A DNA stretch of 64,000 nucleotides from Camelus ferus (Eukaryota), in the NCBI RefSeq assembly GCF_009834535.1, contig NC_045727.1:15996001-16060000 (forward strand). The letters run 5' to 3'. Within the stretch, counting starts at the first letter, position 1. Each line of letters starts with the position of its first letter. Below the pieces are notes generated by a model that did no database searches, was not told where the DNA came from, and saw nothing but the letters and a program-made list of their open reading frames with translations. Shown here piece by piece: positions 61,990-64,000 of this stretch. Made by a program: the position numbers and the translations under genes.

Positions 61990-62600
61990 TCATTCATTTC
62001 AGCACCTATGGGACCAGTTATTTTGCACCTGCAATGGGCCAGGGCCTGACTCAAAGAGTGCAAAAAATTCGTTCTCCACTTGACATCGACTGACTTAACA
62101 CCCATTCTGTTCCGGGAACTGGGCAAGGCACTGGAGCTACAGTGGAGAGGACAGACAGGCACAGCCCTGCTCTCAGGGACCTCTACAGGGGAGACAGTTG
62201 CTTATCCAATAACAAAAGCAATGACATAACCTACAAAGAAGAGAACCACAGAACTGATAATGAGAATTTGACCTAATCCCTGAGGATGTGAAGCTTGTGC
62301 TGAAATCTGAAGAATGAGTAGGTGTGATGAAGGAGAGGAGGGAAAGAAAGGGAGTTCAGTCAAAGAGGATGGCATGTGCTAAGGCCCTGTGGTCAGAAGC
62401 ATAAAGGACCCAAATGTGATCCTTATGGCTGGAACAGAGAGAGCGAGGGGGAGTGCCATGTGAGGTCACACAGAAAGGGAGATAATGCAAACTCATGCAG
62501 GGAGCTGGGACCAGAGTAAGGATTTGGTCCTCACCTTGAAGCAATGGGAAGTCTTTGAAGAGCTCTGAGCAGGAACTGACATGATCAGTTTGTATCCTCA
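61990..62600 (-). mobile_element. L2 LINE fragments
   Basis: cattcattcatttcagcaccta...ccctgctctcagggac...ggaagtctttgaagagctctgagcaggaactgacatgatc. Confidence 0.7.
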
Positions 62601-63439
62601 AGGTGGTGACAATCAAATGAAAGTTAGGGGCGTGTAACAGCCAATCACAACCAATCACACCCAAACAGAGACACCGATTGTAGTGTAATCCAGGTAGCTG
62701 GGCAGTTGCCTGATGCAATCTGAGCAGTCAGGAGGCTTCCAAGAGGAGGTGATGTCCTGAATGGGACATCTTTTAAATCTATCATGGACTCCCAGTTCTG
62801 AAAGGTTCAAACCAACTCCTTCCAACAAGGATGCAGGCCCATTTCAGAGACGAGGCCCAAGGACTCCAGGTGACTCTAGTGAAGACACACAGCCTCACGG
62901 TGGCAGACCAGGCACCCTAGGGGGCTGGCAGGCTCTCCTGGCGGGATTAACTATCTGATCTGTCCCTAAGCCTTGCCAAGAGACATGATGTCACAGAGAC
63001 CTGATGATGTTGCAGAATTCCGGCTGACCCTAAGGTCTGAGTCTCTCTAACCCGTTAGGTGGGAGATGAGACAGGGGCTGGGCGCCCACACTCCTCCCAA
63101 GAGAATCTCCTTCTCTTGGCTGGAGAGCTCCCTGAAAGCTGGCTGAGCAGCCCCCAAGGAGGCATTAAGGTAAGAGGACCCCCAAGGAGCCTTCAGAGTA
63201 AATTTCAAGGAGGGCTGAGGCTGAAGGAAGAAGGGATTATTGGCTCTGCTCTCTGGAGGGAGATTGATGGAGACAAGTCAGCGAGTGAGCAGCTAAAGGG
63301 AAGGAACATTTCTAGCCCCTTTGCTGCTAAACAGAGAACACCCATGATGCCTGCAGATTCAGGCAGAGCCCTGCTGGGAGCAGAGATAATAGCTCAATAA
63401 AAATAAATCGATATGAAGAACTCTTACAACTCAACAACT

Positions 63440-63707
63440 AAAAGAAAAACAGTCCACAAATTCAGTCCTACAACCACAAGGAACTGAATTCTGCAGACAC
63501 CCTGAATGAGCTTGAAAGAGAACCCTGAGCCTCAGAAATCAAAGCCCCACTGACACATTGATTTCCACTTTGGGAGATCCTGAGCAGAAAATCTAACTGC
63601 ATCATGCCTGGATTAGTGACCTACAGAACTGTAAGCTAACAGATGGATGCTGTTTAAAGCCACCAAGTTTGGGGCTATTTGTTATGCAGCAATAGAAAAC
63701 GAATCAC
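63440..63707 (+). mobile_element. MaLR LTR 3' part (MLT1D/E-like)
   Basis: caaccacaaggaactgaattctgc...tgacctacagaactgtaag...tttgttatgcagcaatagaaaacgaatca. Confidence 0.9.
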
Positions 63708-64000
63708 GCCCCTCACCTCTGCAAGTAGTACCTTTACTAAACTAGGCTAATTTGAATCTGCCATCTGTTTCCTATGGGACCCTGAAGGGTGCATTATTCA
63801 ACTTCTCTCTGCCTCGGTTTCCTCCGCTGGAATAGGAGATAATGGTAACAAAGCTATTGCGAGGATGCAATGAGATGGTGCACGTATGATCAGGTGTGGC
63901 CGCTGTCTTGCTCTCTGTCCATCCCTTGCTCGACCCCTGCTCCACCTACAACCTACTCAGGCGGACGTGCCTGCCCCCTGCCACTGCCATTGATGCTTCT

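Overview
Mammalian genomic DNA, most likely from a camelid: two copies of a short tRNA-derived SINE match the camelid type, and no Alu or Bov-B is seen. I cannot support any protein-coding gene. The supplied ORFs read as chance frames in GC-rich or repeat DNA, or run through N gaps; the only recognisable protein-like stretch is a decayed L1 ORF2 remnant near 32.2 kb. The window is dominated by ancient interspersed repeats: dozens of MIR and L2 fragments, L1 3' fragments in both orientations, many MaLR/ERVL/ERV1 solo LTRs and hAT-type DNA transposons (MER5, MER20, MER53, MER58, MER63, Charlie). It also has 7 assembly gaps. Between the repeats lie CpG-rich islands (16.1-16.9, 33.5-33.8, 37.0-37.3, 54.3-54.7 kb) and repeat-free blocks rich in homeodomain, TCF or Pbx-type motifs, a layout typical of a regulatory gene desert or very large intron. 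I found no convincing new biological system. The best leads are a miR-1302-like MER53 hairpin, several motif clusters and a possible spliced minus-strand non-coding transcript. Repeat subfamily names come from recalled consensus sequences and most repeat boundaries are approximate (tens of bp). Only representative MIR/L2 copies are listed.
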